UHGV virus genome: UHGV-0076293
Origin: a virus
Reading direction: 5' to 3' (one strand)
DNA length: 64,000 bases
Position numbers and translations under genes: made by a program. This document shows, one piece after another, positions 1 through 9,743 of the stretch; positions within the stretch are counted from its first letter, which is position 1; every line of letters starts with the position of its first letter. The notes beneath the pieces are model-generated. The model saw only the letters and a program-made list of their open reading frames with translations. It was not told the origin of the DNA and did not search any database.

Positions 1-13
1 CCTTGATAAAGAA

Positions 14-478
14 GTGTTGAAAGTCGGTCGTCGTGAATTTGTGTATAAAGCAGAAATCCAGAACCGTTTACCACAGACCTTTTTAAGCAGCTTGCTTAAA
101 GATGTCAACACCCCAGTTGTCAGCCGAACATTTGACGGGGTGAAATATTACTCTTTTGAAGATTCGCACGTTGCTATCTGTGAAGGCGAGAATAAGTTTT
201 TTACGACCGTTATCTACTTTCGTATTGTTGAACCTACGAAAGAAGAACTGGTTTGCAACACTGCGAACGATGTGGCCGGGATGCGTATGGACGATATCAC
301 CGGTTCACTATCTGGATTAAATGACATACCGCGTATTGTGGAGCGAGTCTTGGAAGGAGACGATTACTTTAAGCTGCTTCCGCTGGTAGCAAGCGAAGAA
401 ACAGAACAGGAAAGCGCTTTCATTCAGGTTAACCTTACCGCTGCGCAGGCGGTAGATCGTTTCTTCGAAGCTTTATAA
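14..478 (+). CDS. hypothetical protein (possibly 5'-truncated at window edge)
   Basis: 154-aa ORF with GTG start; frame stays open to the window edge; intrinsic terminator directly downstream. Confidence 0.55.
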   Translation: MLKVGRREFVYKAEIQNRLPQTFLSSLLKDVNTPVVSRTFDGVKYYSFEDSHVAICEGENKFFTTVIYFRIVEPTKEELVCNTANDVAGMRMDDITGSLSGLNDIPRIVERVLEGDDYFKLLPLVASEETEQESAFIQVNLTAAQAVDRFFEAL

Positions 479-530
479 TCAGAAAGCCCTCTACGGAGGG
501 CTTTATTTTTTCGACCTTTAGGAGATAGAA

Positions 531-1082
531 ATGAACAAATTTAATATCTTAGACGCTAAAGTCGTATCCGAGTCTTCTATTCAGCAAGAAATCTTTCGTG
601 TTCAGTTCGGTGAGAAAGTTCTGAATATTCCGCGCCCAGTTATGATTGGCTTAGCGATATTCGTTAACAACAGCCATTGCAATGGTTCGGCGTTGTCAGT
701 TCTTGAGTACGGTGGCTACCAGTTCTATATTCCAGAGCATCTCGAGTATAACCGTTTTATTGAACTTAAACCGTTCTATAAATTCATGCTTGATGCAGGG
801 TATTCGATTCTAACCAAAACGTATATTCGTGACTACTCGAAGTTAGAATCTTTCTATCGTGCCCGTGGTCTTCGTGTCCCGCAACCGTTTGACGGATACC
901 AGACCCGCGTTGTGTTAACTGCGCCGTTAACGAAAGAACTGGCTTCCTATAAACTGGATATCGAGCAGAAACTACTGCGTGACGACTTACTGAAAATCTA
1001 TAACCAGTTGTCCGTGGTACCTTCTTCAACTGTCTCGAACATTGAACCAGAGTACGGAATAAGACAATACAAGGAAGGTTAA
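531..1082 (+). CDS. hypothetical protein
   Basis: 183-aa ORF, AGGAG RBS 7 nt upstream of ATG. Confidence 0.7.
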   Translation: MNKFNILDAKVVSESSIQQEIFRVQFGEKVLNIPRPVMIGLAIFVNNSHCNGSALSVLEYGGYQFYIPEHLEYNRFIELKPFYKFMLDAGYSILTKTYIRDYSKLESFYRARGLRVPQPFDGYQTRVVLTAPLTKELASYKLDIEQKLLRDDLLKIYNQLSVVPSSTVSNIEPEYGIRQYKEG

Positions 1083-1083
1083 G

Positions 1084-1389
1084 ATGAAACCGAGAGCCGA
1101 CCGAGTAGACGTAATACATTTTGAAGAGTGTGAAACCGAGTATCAGGTTAAACGCACTGATTTACGTTTAGTTATTCCTAAGCTAAACGAACCTGAGTGG
1201 AACGGCGAGCTGATGGTACCGCTTGCCGAACCAATTAAAACGGGGACAGGCGAGATTAATTATCTCCATTTAGAAGCCGCCGGACGCAAAGTAACCGTTT
1301 GGCATCTTGCTGACGGTTACAAAACCAGTCAGCTTACACGTAAAGCATTTATTCGGAAATTAAGAAAGTCGATGGGAGTTGTGAAATGA
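1084..1389 (+). CDS. hypothetical protein
   Basis: 101-aa ORF, tightly coupled to flanking genes (stop/start overlap with DHFR). Confidence 0.65.
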   Translation: MKPRADRVDVIHFEECETEYQVKRTDLRLVIPKLNEPEWNGELMVPLAEPIKTGTGEINYLHLEAAGRKVTVWHLADGYKTSQLTRKAFIRKLRKSMGVVK

Positions 1390-1922
1390 CAGTTACTGTA
1401 TCTTTGATTGCAGCAGCGGGACTTAATAATGAAATAGGGAAAGACAATAAACTCCCTTGGCATATTCCCGATGACTTGAAGAACTTCAAAGCACTTACGT
1501 CAGGTAAGGTTATCGTGATGGGACGTAAGACGTGGGAGTCGTTGGGATATAAACCCTTACCGAACCGTCACCATGTTATCTTAACACGAAAACAAGGCGG
1601 TGTTCCTGACATCGACGGTGTGTTGAACCTTAAAGGTGGCATGGGGTCGGTTATCGAGTTTCTCAAGAAAGAAGTCGTGGAGAAAGATTACCCGAAAGAA
1701 ATCTTTATTATTGGCGGCGCAGAGATTTACCACCAAGCGATGCCTTATGCAGATAAGATTTACTTGTCTCGTGTTGAGGTTAAGGTAGAGGGCGCGGATG
1801 CGTTCTTCCCTGAAATCGATCGCGATGTCTTCAGACTGAATTACAACCTGACACACTATTCGAAACCAGAAAGTGGTATTCCGCGTTGGCATTATCAGAT
1901 TTGGAAAAGAGATGGGCGCTGA
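1386..1922 (+). CDS. frd: dihydrofolate reductase
   Basis: 178 aa; motifs IGKDNKLPW, VIMGRKTWESLG and IIGGAEIY align with the E. coli FolA / T4 Frd family signature (IGMENAMPW, VIMGRHTWESIG, VIGGGRVY). Confidence 0.9.
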   Translation: MTVTVSLIAAAGLNNEIGKDNKLPWHIPDDLKNFKALTSGKVIVMGRKTWESLGYKPLPNRHHVILTRKQGGVPDIDGVLNLKGGMGSVIEFLKKEVVEKDYPKEIFIIGGAEIYHQAMPYADKIYLSRVEVKVEGADAFFPEIDRDVFRLNYNLTHYSKPESGIPRWHYQIWKRDGR

Positions 1923-2208
1923 GTTTGTAACCTTAGAAAAACTCTTTTTAGGCAGCGTCGCTAAAGGGAAGATAGCCCGTTTCACCTGGAACCGTACTCC
2001 CGTAAAATACGCGTTTCTACGTCGTTTACACTACGAGAAAAGCATCAAGCTGGTCTTGGTCGTGTTGTTCGAAAACAAACGCGGATTGTTGATTAATAAT
2101 CGTCGTTTTGCGGCGGAGATCTGGGCGACCACATCTGGCGGCGAGGAAGCATCTGTTGGCTTTGCTAACGATGAGGTTATCTTTGAGGGTATACCTTATC
2201 TGTTATAG
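1912..2208 (+). CDS. hypothetical protein overlapping DHFR 3' end
   Basis: ORF in alternate frame; first ATG at 1912 overlaps DHFR stop; intrinsic terminator follows at ~2222. Confidence 0.45.
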   Translation: MGAEFVTLEKLFLGSVAKGKIARFTWNRTPVKYAFLRRLHYEKSIKLVLVVLFENKRGLLINNRRFAAEIWATTSGGEEASVGFANDEVIFEGIPYLL

Positions 2209-2297
2209 CACAGATAAACATAAAAGGGGACTTCGGTTCCCTTTTATTTTTTTTTCATTTCGCGCCTGTGATATGACTATAACGAAGGAACAAGCCA

Positions 2298-3806
2298 ATG
2301 CAACAGTATTTTGAAATTCCGTCGTTAGACGCGACCATTCGCAAACCGATAATCGATGGCGTTATACAACGTGTACTTAATGAATCAGGTATTGATAAAG
2401 CAGCGGTTGTTTTCCTTGATGAATTCAATAGCGCACATCAACCCGATTCCACGTTAGGCGACGGTACAGAAGTTGAGTACAGCTCGCCTGAAAAGGTGTA
2501 TGTTGAAGTAGAAGAAGAACGTGATGAGTGGGCCAGAATCAATCGTCAGGTTGGTCAGCAAGCCGAACCGTACTTCTTTGAAAACTCCGTCGATCAGGTA
2601 CGCGCCTGGCCCGTTAGAACGATGTATAACGTAACGGTGACGTTACGACGTACCAGTGCTTCTCGCGATGAGTTATTGCGCTGGACAAACCGTTTAGACT
2701 CGTTAGTGGACATGGGTCGGTATTCGACAATGACCGAGTCAGAAGCGTTTTATTATATTCCGAAACCGGCACTGAAGTTGCTGAATGCCTGTTATGTCGC
2801 CGCAGGGACTCGTGTACCGACGTTTGATGATTTTAAAGCCTATCTCAAAGCGTACTTTACACCCGACGTGTTTCGCGCTGCTAACGTTGCCGGTGGACAG
2901 GAATCTATTGCGGTTCGCTATGCACCTACTCGCTTAGAGACTGTATACGACGTTCAGACACCTGCCTGGGATAAAGACGAGAACCACTGGGAAGCTACAT
3001 TCGTCGTGCGTTTCTCTTATCAACGTCCTGAAGAGATTGTGGTTTCGTATCCGTATATCATCAACCAGACACCGCTTCCTGATGAATATTGGCCAGAGAT
3101 AGATCCACCGTGGGTGTCTAACGAAGAACTGGTGTATCGTCATCCGCAACAAAAGAATCTCGATTCAACGTGGTGGATTAACGAAACCCGTCAGTATATT
3201 CGTTTACCGTATCTACTGTCACCGACAGAACAGTTCCACCGTACACATTCCCCGTTAAAAGATAAACTCTTACACGTTTTCGGAACAGACGTTGTATTTG
3301 ATGAAGACAATATGAGCTCACCGAAAGTGTTATCTGTGGAGGATTTACCGTACGAGTGGAATCCAGATTTGTTGCCGTATATCGAACACTGTCGTGCAAT
3401 AGACCCTACCGGACAGACAGGTGTCTTCCGTGTGGAGCTGTTCGAAGAAGGACAAATCATCGAACCGCGTTTCTATCATTGGGAAGACAATACCTTCTTT
3501 TTGAAAGGACGTGATTTAAAAGTTAACAAGAGTTACTACCTAACCGAATCGGTGATGTTCGACTGGCGAGGGATGAACCTGTGGCCACTCCAGCTCTATC
3601 CTAAAGCTGCGAAAGTGTTGATAGAATGGTTATTTCCGAAATGGGATGTACCGGACTGGTGGTGGGATAAACCCGTATTACCGCCTAGTGTTGTCGACGA
3701 CATTAATAAACTGATTCCTAACGTAGAAGCCCGCGTCTTGCTGACGGTGCTGAACTCGACTGTGATTACCATGCGAGGGACAGAGAATGCTCAAAGCGAA
3801 GCGTGA
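2298..3806 (+). CDS. hypothetical protein (502 aa), possible virion component
   Basis: long ORF, AAGGA RBS, first gene of a five-gene translationally coupled block. Confidence 0.75.
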   Translation: MQQYFEIPSLDATIRKPIIDGVIQRVLNESGIDKAAVVFLDEFNSAHQPDSTLGDGTEVEYSSPEKVYVEVEEERDEWARINRQVGQQAEPYFFENSVDQVRAWPVRTMYNVTVTLRRTSASRDELLRWTNRLDSLVDMGRYSTMTESEAFYYIPKPALKLLNACYVAAGTRVPTFDDFKAYLKAYFTPDVFRAANVAGGQESIAVRYAPTRLETVYDVQTPAWDKDENHWEATFVVRFSYQRPEEIVVSYPYIINQTPLPDEYWPEIDPPWVSNEELVYRHPQQKNLDSTWWINETRQYIRLPYLLSPTEQFHRTHSPLKDKLLHVFGTDVVFDEDNMSSPKVLSVEDLPYEWNPDLLPYIEHCRAIDPTGQTGVFRVELFEEGQIIEPRFYHWEDNTFFLKGRDLKVNKSYYLTESVMFDWRGMNLWPLQLYPKAAKVLIEWLFPKWDVPDWWWDKPVLPPSVVDDINKLIPNVEARVLLTVLNSTVITMRGTENAQSEA

Positions 3807-5157
3807 TAAGCCGTCAACATTTGAACCCGTAGACCGGCCTATCCCCGAATTAAATAAACCACAGGACGGTGTAAAAGAAACCACCAATATCGTTACGCAA
3901 CCCACACGTACAACTGTTACTGATTTAGACCGTATTCCAAAGCAATACCTAATGAAGTATCTGGAAGGGTCAGCGTGGACGGTGGACTTCTTTAACTTCC
4001 TGAAAGGAAGAAACGACGCCAAGAAGTTTTTCGATTCGAAAGTGCTTACACCTGACCAACAGGTGGAGAAAATCATCGGGTTGGAGCTGCGTGTAACGAC
4101 ACCGCTCGACCGTAGCCAAGACACCACGAACAAAACGTTCAGCATGTCAGGCGCTGCAACAATTGCAAACTCGATTATCCCTAACGAGGGTTGCTTTTTC
4201 ATCGCCCCTATCGGTGACGGTCGTTTCGCGTTGTTTAACGTTACCAACGTTGTGCGTATGTCGAATAACAAAGTCGCGACGTACAACATTGAATACACGT
4301 TACTTTTCGAAGTTGACCCAGAAACCGCAGAAACGATTCGTCGTTGTACCGTACGTGAATACTACTACGTTGCAGAGCGTGCCTGGACAGGTGGTGATAC
4401 ACTTCTCACACCGAAAGAGTACCGTGCGTTCCTGGAAGTCGTTGACGCGATTGAAGACATTGAACAGACGTATGTAAAACGTTTCTACGACGGTGAAACG
4501 GCCACGTTGTTGTTCCCACACGATCGTCACAGCGACGGTTTGCGTAGCCGTGCTTACTACGACGTGTTCTTAGCGCTGTTTGTGCGCGCGGTGGGGTTAC
4601 GTACCGTAGGTAAGGATATTCAGATTTATCCGCACCCACCGATGAACGTGGAAGACATTGAAACGGTGTGGACAGCGCTGCTGCAACAGTCGCCAACGTT
4701 CTTAGCAGATTACAAACGTGACAGCACGGTGTGGCAAACGAAAACTTTCCGTACGATGCAACATCGTAACTCGGTAACGTGGTCGTTGATCTCTGATACC
4801 CGGTTCTTTACGGAAGAGTTAAAGCCAGGTTACGGGATGGCGCAACGTTTCCCCGGTCAGTGGCCAGAATGGAAACCGTTTGAGCCGGTTGAAGTTGAAA
4901 ACTATCGTGGGAACGAAGGGGAGTCTATTCCGGCCTTCCTACCGCTGTCCTTTAAACCGTATTTGCTGAGCGAGACGTTCTACGACGGTTCTTACAGTTC
5001 GTTGTTGGAATACGGCTTGTACTTGTACCTGCATAAACGTTCGCTACCGTCGGTAATTGCGTTAAAACTGTTTGAGGAAGTTTATAAGCTCCCGAAAGAC
5101 GCACAGTTCTATTACATTCCGATGGTGTATCTGCTTTTAAGATATTCGAGGGATTAA
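3787..5157 (+). CDS. hypothetical protein (456 aa)
   Basis: GAGGGA RBS; start overlaps upstream gene by 20 nt. Confidence 0.75.
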   Translation: MLKAKRDKPSTFEPVDRPIPELNKPQDGVKETTNIVTQPTRTTVTDLDRIPKQYLMKYLEGSAWTVDFFNFLKGRNDAKKFFDSKVLTPDQQVEKIIGLELRVTTPLDRSQDTTNKTFSMSGAATIANSIIPNEGCFFIAPIGDGRFALFNVTNVVRMSNNKVATYNIEYTLLFEVDPETAETIRRCTVREYYYVAERAWTGGDTLLTPKEYRAFLEVVDAIEDIEQTYVKRFYDGETATLLFPHDRHSDGLRSRAYYDVFLALFVRAVGLRTVGKDIQIYPHPPMNVEDIETVWTALLQQSPTFLADYKRDSTVWQTKTFRTMQHRNSVTWSLISDTRFFTEELKPGYGMAQRFPGQWPEWKPFEPVEVENYRGNEGESIPAFLPLSFKPYLLSETFYDGSYSSLLEYGLYLYLHKRSLPSVIALKLFEEVYKLPKDAQFYYIPMVYLLLRYSRD

Positions 5158-5158
5158 T

Positions 5159-5698
5159 GTGTCAGTGAAACGTAGTGCAGCATTTATGCTGTTCCATAAG
5201 TGGGTAGCATGGCGGGTTCCTGAATGGACAACCATCACCCAGTATATGTCGCAAGAACACGGATTGTTCTTGCCGGATGACGAAAAGAAAGCACGAGCGA
5301 TTTTGTTGAATAAGAAAACGGTCTATATGCGGCCATTTGAAGTGGCGGTGTATGCAGAGACCGGTGCTGCGTTAGATGTTCACGATCCGAATGACGGTAT
5401 TATCGTTTACGGATATATCATGGAACACCTAGCAGATTGGTTACATTACATGCAAGAGCCTCATCTGACGACGCGTAAAGTGCCGATAGAAGGACTCCGT
5501 CAGTTCAACGCCTTAGCATGTAAACTCTTTCCCGTTGCTAACCGATACGGTTATTTTAAGAAACCGGAAGTGACGATGGCGACGTCGGTACAAGCGTTAT
5601 TTGGAGAGGTGCGTTTAGAAACGCAGCAACACCGTTTTAACGATACGATAATGCGACGTATAGAAGCGATTTATCGTAAAAGGGGAGGTATACTGTAA
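5159..5698 (+). CDS. hypothetical protein (179 aa)
   Basis: GTG start 2 nt after upstream stop, GAGGG RBS. Confidence 0.7.
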   Translation: MSVKRSAAFMLFHKWVAWRVPEWTTITQYMSQEHGLFLPDDEKKARAILLNKKTVYMRPFEVAVYAETGAALDVHDPNDGIIVYGYIMEHLADWLHYMQEPHLTTRKVPIEGLRQFNALACKLFPVANRYGYFKKPEVTMATSVQALFGEVRLETQQHRFNDTIMRRIEAIYRKRGGIL

Positions 5699-7017
5699 TG
5701 TCGTTTGGTCGGTTACAGAACATAGCAAACGTGCACATTGCACAAGCGGCGGGATTACCGGCCATCGAATACGTACCTATCATTACGGTACGTGGCACAG
5801 TTATCAGCGTATTTAAAACGTTGTCGATAATCCATGCCAGTAACTTCGCACAGGACTTAACGACTATCACCCATCTTACCGTGATGATACCGTTAAGCCA
5901 ACAGCGTGTGTTAACGTCTTCCGCAGACGGGGATTTGTCCGTGAAAATTCTAATGCGGACAATGAACAAGAAAACCGTTGCGAAACTCGACTATCGGGGT
6001 ATCGTCGTGAACAACCACGATCCCGATATGGAATCGCCCACGATGTTCTTAGGTGAGTCTGACCAGAAAGCGTTAGCGGTCGTCACCCTGGAGTTGATGG
6101 ACGAGTCGATGTGGTTCTTACGTTGCCGTCAAGTCGGTGGGATTTATCACGAGACAGATGGTCTTAGTGTTGTTCGTGCACTGCTGGCAGATACGTTACC
6201 TACTGGTGATGCGCCAGAAGGCCAGTTGGTGGGTGTGGAGTACGAGGAAGAGGAGCAACAGCCCTATCGGGATATTTTGATTCCTGACTCGGAAAGTTTC
6301 CTGTCCGTGTTCGATTACCTTCAGAATCGTTACGGGGTTTATAGTCAAGGTCTGGGGGTGTTCCTCTACAAACACCGTTGGTATATTTTCCAACCTTGGG
6401 ATTCTAAGAAGTTTTCATCAGCGAAGAATAAGCTGGTGATTATAAACCTGCCGAAAGAGAAAGCAGCGTATCTGAATAAGACCTGCCACATTGACGGTGA
6501 CGTGATTTACCTGATATGTGGTGGCGATGTCCACACCTTCGAAGATAAAGACTCCTTAGCACTAAACCAAGGTACCGGTTATCGTGTGGGGTCTATCCGT
6601 GCGTTGGATGGCCGTGCGTCTTCTTTCTCGTCAGGCGATGTTTCTGCTACAACGTCAGATTCGTTCGTGTCAGCGGCTGATCCGACGCAATATCCAGGTG
6701 GGGTGGTTAACGCACCAATAGACCCGAACCAACACTTCTCGGACACAGATAAACCGCAACGGTCTAAGTTGGCGGCGGCGAAAGGGACGCTAACAGCAAC
6801 AACCTGGAACGCATCAACGTACGGCTTACTCCGTCCGGGGATGGCAGTAAAATATATTTATGCGAATAACTATGGTGTATACACGCGTTACGGAACATTA
6901 GTTGCAGAAGTTTTCCAAGGTGCAATTGATGGTGGTTCAGCGGCTTCACCACGGTTTAATACCATTAGCCAGTTGACGTTGTGGCTGACTAATGAAAATT
7001 TTACATCCACAACGTAA
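5698..7017 (+). CDS. hypothetical protein (439 aa)
   Basis: TAATG stop/start overlap, AGGGGAGG RBS. Confidence 0.75.
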   Translation: MSFGRLQNIANVHIAQAAGLPAIEYVPIITVRGTVISVFKTLSIIHASNFAQDLTTITHLTVMIPLSQQRVLTSSADGDLSVKILMRTMNKKTVAKLDYRGIVVNNHDPDMESPTMFLGESDQKALAVVTLELMDESMWFLRCRQVGGIYHETDGLSVVRALLADTLPTGDAPEGQLVGVEYEEEEQQPYRDILIPDSESFLSVFDYLQNRYGVYSQGLGVFLYKHRWYIFQPWDSKKFSSAKNKLVIINLPKEKAAYLNKTCHIDGDVIYLICGGDVHTFEDKDSLALNQGTGYRVGSIRALDGRASSFSSGDVSATTSDSFVSAADPTQYPGGVVNAPIDPNQHFSDTDKPQRSKLAAAKGTLTATTWNASTYGLLRPGMAVKYIYANNYGVYTRYGTLVAEVFQGAIDGGSAASPRFNTISQLTLWLTNENFTSTT

Positions 7018-7043
7018 GTTATGTCGACAGCAACCTAAAGGAT

Positions 7044-7850
7044 TTGTTAATGAGCAATTTACTTACTTTCCGCATGTCTGGTCAAACGTTAATGCAGATT
7101 GACGAGTACGAAAAAGAACATTTCGCTAAACCGTCTAAACTGTTAGAACGTTGCTTAAAGGTTATTCCAGGCGGCGAGCATTGTCAGCTAGATTTCGTCA
7201 TGGCGTCTTCTGCTGACAAAACGGTCTCTGTTATCTACACGGTTGACGGAGTACAGGGCCATCGCTTATTACCGATTGAAGAAAAAGGTTCTTTGGGTAA
7301 TTTGTTGTTCTTGCACGCAATCACGACTGCGGTAGTGACGGGAGCACTGGAAGCGCAGTACGGTTTCGCGTATTGTTATTTCTACGCACAGAAGTTGGCG
7401 AATGCGGTAGTTCCAGGAGAACCAGAAACGTATCCGAAGTATATCGAACGTTTGCTTCCGACGCATTTTGCTGAGTCTGACGACTATGAGTTCAATGCTT
7501 TCCGTTTCACGATGGTTGGCGAAGCACGCGATCCTGAAAACACCATTGCGTTACGTGCTGTTGTTCGTTACGCAGTAATTTCGTCTGACAGCGGAATGGC
7601 AAGCAACTTCAACGAAGTGTTCCCGGTTATGCAACTAGGTCCGTATATCACGTTTAATGCGTACGTACCGTTTACTTGTCAGTTAATCGGCCCGCAGGAT
7701 AACGATTCTATCCTCCCGATTACTGAAGAGAAAGGTCTGCATATTCGTGACGCTGTAGAAGTCATCAATGATAAACGTTTTACGATCTCATCAAAAAGCG
7801 GTATTGCTGATGAAGAACTTGCGGTCGTGAACAAAATGCAAGTGATGTAA
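7044..7850 (+). CDS. hypothetical protein (268 aa)
   Basis: ORF followed by a strong intrinsic terminator. Confidence 0.75.
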   Translation: MLMSNLLTFRMSGQTLMQIDEYEKEHFAKPSKLLERCLKVIPGGEHCQLDFVMASSADKTVSVIYTVDGVQGHRLLPIEEKGSLGNLLFLHAITTAVVTGALEAQYGFAYCYFYAQKLANAVVPGEPETYPKYIERLLPTHFAESDDYEFNAFRFTMVGEARDPENTIALRAVVRYAVISSDSGMASNFNEVFPVMQLGPYITFNAYVPFTCQLIGPQDNDSILPITEEKGLHIRDAVEVINDKRFTISSKSGIADEELAVVNKMQVM

Positions 7851-7856
7851 AATTAT

Positions 7857-7896
7857 CCCGTTACCTTTGTGGGTAACGGGATGTCCTTTTATTTAC
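7857..7896 (+). terminator. intrinsic terminator
   Basis: hairpin CCCGTTACC-TTTGT-GGGTAACGGG followed by a T-rich stretch. Confidence 0.7.
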
Positions 7897-8010
7897 TCGT
7901 AAATGCGTCTTAGACGCTGTTTTACACCTTAAGACGATTAATGGTGTTTAAAAAATAAAAGGTCGTCAGAATGCGATACAGCGCGTTTTAGAGGGTGTTT
8001 TAATTAAAAA

Positions 8011-8065
8011 TATTTTCAGATATATATTACTTAGGTGAGAGAATTACGTAATACTCATTTATCGA
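8011..8065 (+). promoter_or_regulatory. phage promoter-like element with downstream 5'-UTR hairpin (copy 1)
   Basis: TTTTCAGATATATATTACTTAGGTGAGAG followed by an imperfect palindrome; about 25 nt upstream of an AGGAG RBS; one of five near-identical copies. Confidence 0.6.
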
Positions 8066-8087
8066 ATACCTAATTAGGAGCTATATC

Positions 8088-8231
8088 ATGATTTCTGTAA
8101 AACACAAAAAAGCTATCTTCGCTGTTGTTATCGCTGTTGTTCTGGGTTGCCTGTACCTGGATATCGATAAAGGCTACGACACTTGCATCGACAACGGTAA
8201 TTCCGTTGCGCAGTGCACTGGTCGTGGTTAA
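8088..8231 (+). CDS. small lipoprotein (47 aa)
   Basis: not in the ORF track; N-terminal K-rich plus hydrophobic signal ending in lipobox VLGC; AGGAG RBS; optimal codons; own promoter motif and terminator. Confidence 0.6.
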   Translation: MISVKHKKAIFAVVIAVVLGCLYLDIDKGYDTCIDNGNSVAQCTGRG

Positions 8232-8236
8232 TGTAT

Positions 8237-8268
8237 AAGGCACCTTCGGGTGCCCTTAATTTTTTTAT
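8237..8268 (+). terminator. intrinsic terminator
   Basis: AAGGCACC-TTCG-GGTGCCCTT hairpin followed by a T-run. Confidence 0.75.
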
Positions 8269-8285
8269 TAATTGGAGCATAAACG

Positions 8286-9101
8286 ATGATTACTATTAAA
8301 GATTATTTTCCGCGTGGGTTGAGCAATGAAAACTTCGTTCCAACTGAAGACATTGCCATCGTTGCAGAGTCCAGCGATAAGTCTTTTAAACTCTACTTGA
8401 GTACGGCAGCAGGAAAATCCACTCTTATCCTTCGTGAACCTGAAGTGATAAGCATCTGCTCGTTTGGGGGTGGTGTAGAAGGAACGATTAACTGGTTGAA
8501 ATCCAGAATGCATCGTTTGCTTATCGTGAATACCGATCCTGTGATTCGTTTACAGCAATTGAAATCGTTGAATGAAATTATCGTCGGATTATTGGAACAT
8601 GAAACGTTTGGTAATGCTGAGATTGCGGAAGCGATTAAATCTGTAGAACTAATCGAGTGGAGCGATATCGAATACGAACGTGCTGGGTTATTCGCAATGT
8701 ACGGTGATGATAATCCCGTTGCGTTTGCACAAACGTTGGATAATGTTACCGTAACAGCGCGCGTATTGTTTGGTTTACAACGTGTTGAGTTTGAACTGAA
8801 ACACGTCTACGTGAGCAATAAACCGGAGATGGTGGAGACATTGATTCGTGCTTTCGCATACCCGTTAGACGGTGAATGGGAACAGCAGATTAATGAAGCG
8901 TTAGAAGCCATGCATTTCCTGGCTGAAACGTTAAGGAAGGATGAGAAATTGAAAGGTCGTGTTTATCCAGAACACGATTTTGTTTGTGAAGAATGTGGAG
9001 CACAGTATCAAATCCGTGTTCCTTTAACCGGCCTAACATTCCCGCAAGCCAACGTGCAATGTAAGGAATGTGGTCATGTTCAATACGTAGCGATTAAATA
9101 A
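8286..9101 (+). CDS. hypothetical protein with C-terminal zinc ribbon
   Basis: 271 aa; C-terminal CEECG...CKECG (CxxC-x-CxxC) motif. Confidence 0.75.
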   Translation: MITIKDYFPRGLSNENFVPTEDIAIVAESSDKSFKLYLSTAAGKSTLILREPEVISICSFGGGVEGTINWLKSRMHRLLIVNTDPVIRLQQLKSLNEIIVGLLEHETFGNAEIAEAIKSVELIEWSDIEYERAGLFAMYGDDNPVAFAQTLDNVTVTARVLFGLQRVEFELKHVYVSNKPEMVETLIRAFAYPLDGEWEQQINEALEAMHFLAETLRKDEKLKGRVYPEHDFVCEECGAQYQIRVPLTGLTFPQANVQCKECGHVQYVAIK

Positions 9102-9107
9102 AAGCAA

Positions 9108-9150
9108 CCCCTAATCCCGAAAAGGATTAGGGGTACACTTTATTTATTTT
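9108..9150 (+). terminator. intrinsic terminator
   Basis: CCCCTAATCC-CGAAAA-GGATTAGGGG hairpin followed by a T-rich stretch. Confidence 0.7.
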
Positions 9151-9173
9151 CGCTCTTAAAAGGAAATTGTGTC

Positions 9174-9329
9174 ATGAGAAATGTTAATGCAATGCTTAAC
9201 CAGGCATTTGTTAACCAACAGCGTTTTCAGGAACGCTTAGCACAACTTAAAACACAACACAGACCACCACAACAAAGAGTGGTTAAGAGCAAGTTCGGCG
9301 AAATGGTTTTCGAAAGAAAATCTTTCTAA
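9174..9329 (+). CDS. small basic protein (51 aa), member a of a tandem trio
   Basis: not in the ORF track; AAGGA RBS; followed by a terminator hairpin; shares FxERL and FERKS-type motifs with the next two small ORFs. Confidence 0.45.
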   Translation: MRNVNAMLNQAFVNQQRFQERLAQLKTQHRPPQQRVVKSKFGEMVFERKSF

Positions 9330-9337
9330 TAACCGTT

Positions 9338-9361
9338 AGGGGTGTGACAGCACCCCTTTTT
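9338..9361 (+). terminator. intrinsic terminator
   Basis: AGGGGTG-TGACAG-CACCCCT hairpin followed by TTTT. Confidence 0.65.
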
Positions 9362-9479
9362 ACGCTTTAACTTTTCCAAAGAGAAGTTAAAGCAGTAAGG
9401 ACTGTTGGCGCAGTCCTTACTTGTCATCGCTATTACAGAAACGTGATAGCACAATTCTAATTTTTAGAGGCGATCAGAA

Positions 9480-9647
9480 ATGTTCGACAGTATTACACAA
9501 ATTTTTAACACTACCGTAAACAATCACGCTCAGCAAGCGAAGTTTAATGAACGATTAAGGGAAGTTCAACAATTAGGATTAAATAAAAGATTAAAATCTT
9601 CCAATAATCCTCGAGTACAGATCTTCACCGAAAGGAGAAGTAACTGA
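9480..9647 (+). CDS. small basic protein (55 aa), member b of a tandem trio
   Basis: not in the ORF track; AGAGG RBS; C-terminal QLGLNKRLKSSNN...QIFTERRS closely matches member c. Confidence 0.5.
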   Translation: MFDSITQIFNTTVNNHAQQAKFNERLREVQQLGLNKRLKSSNNPRVQIFTERRSN

Positions 9648-9656
9648 TAAAAACAA

Positions 9657-9684
9657 GGTGAGCTGTTGGAGCAGCTCACCTTTT
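9657..9684 (+). terminator. intrinsic terminator
   Basis: GGTGAGCTG-TTGGAG-CAGCTCACC hairpin followed by TTTT. Confidence 0.7.
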
Positions 9685-9743
9685 ACAACGCCATTACGTT
9701 TCCGTAATGGATTTCTTTAATCACCCTACAAAGAGGGCTTACC

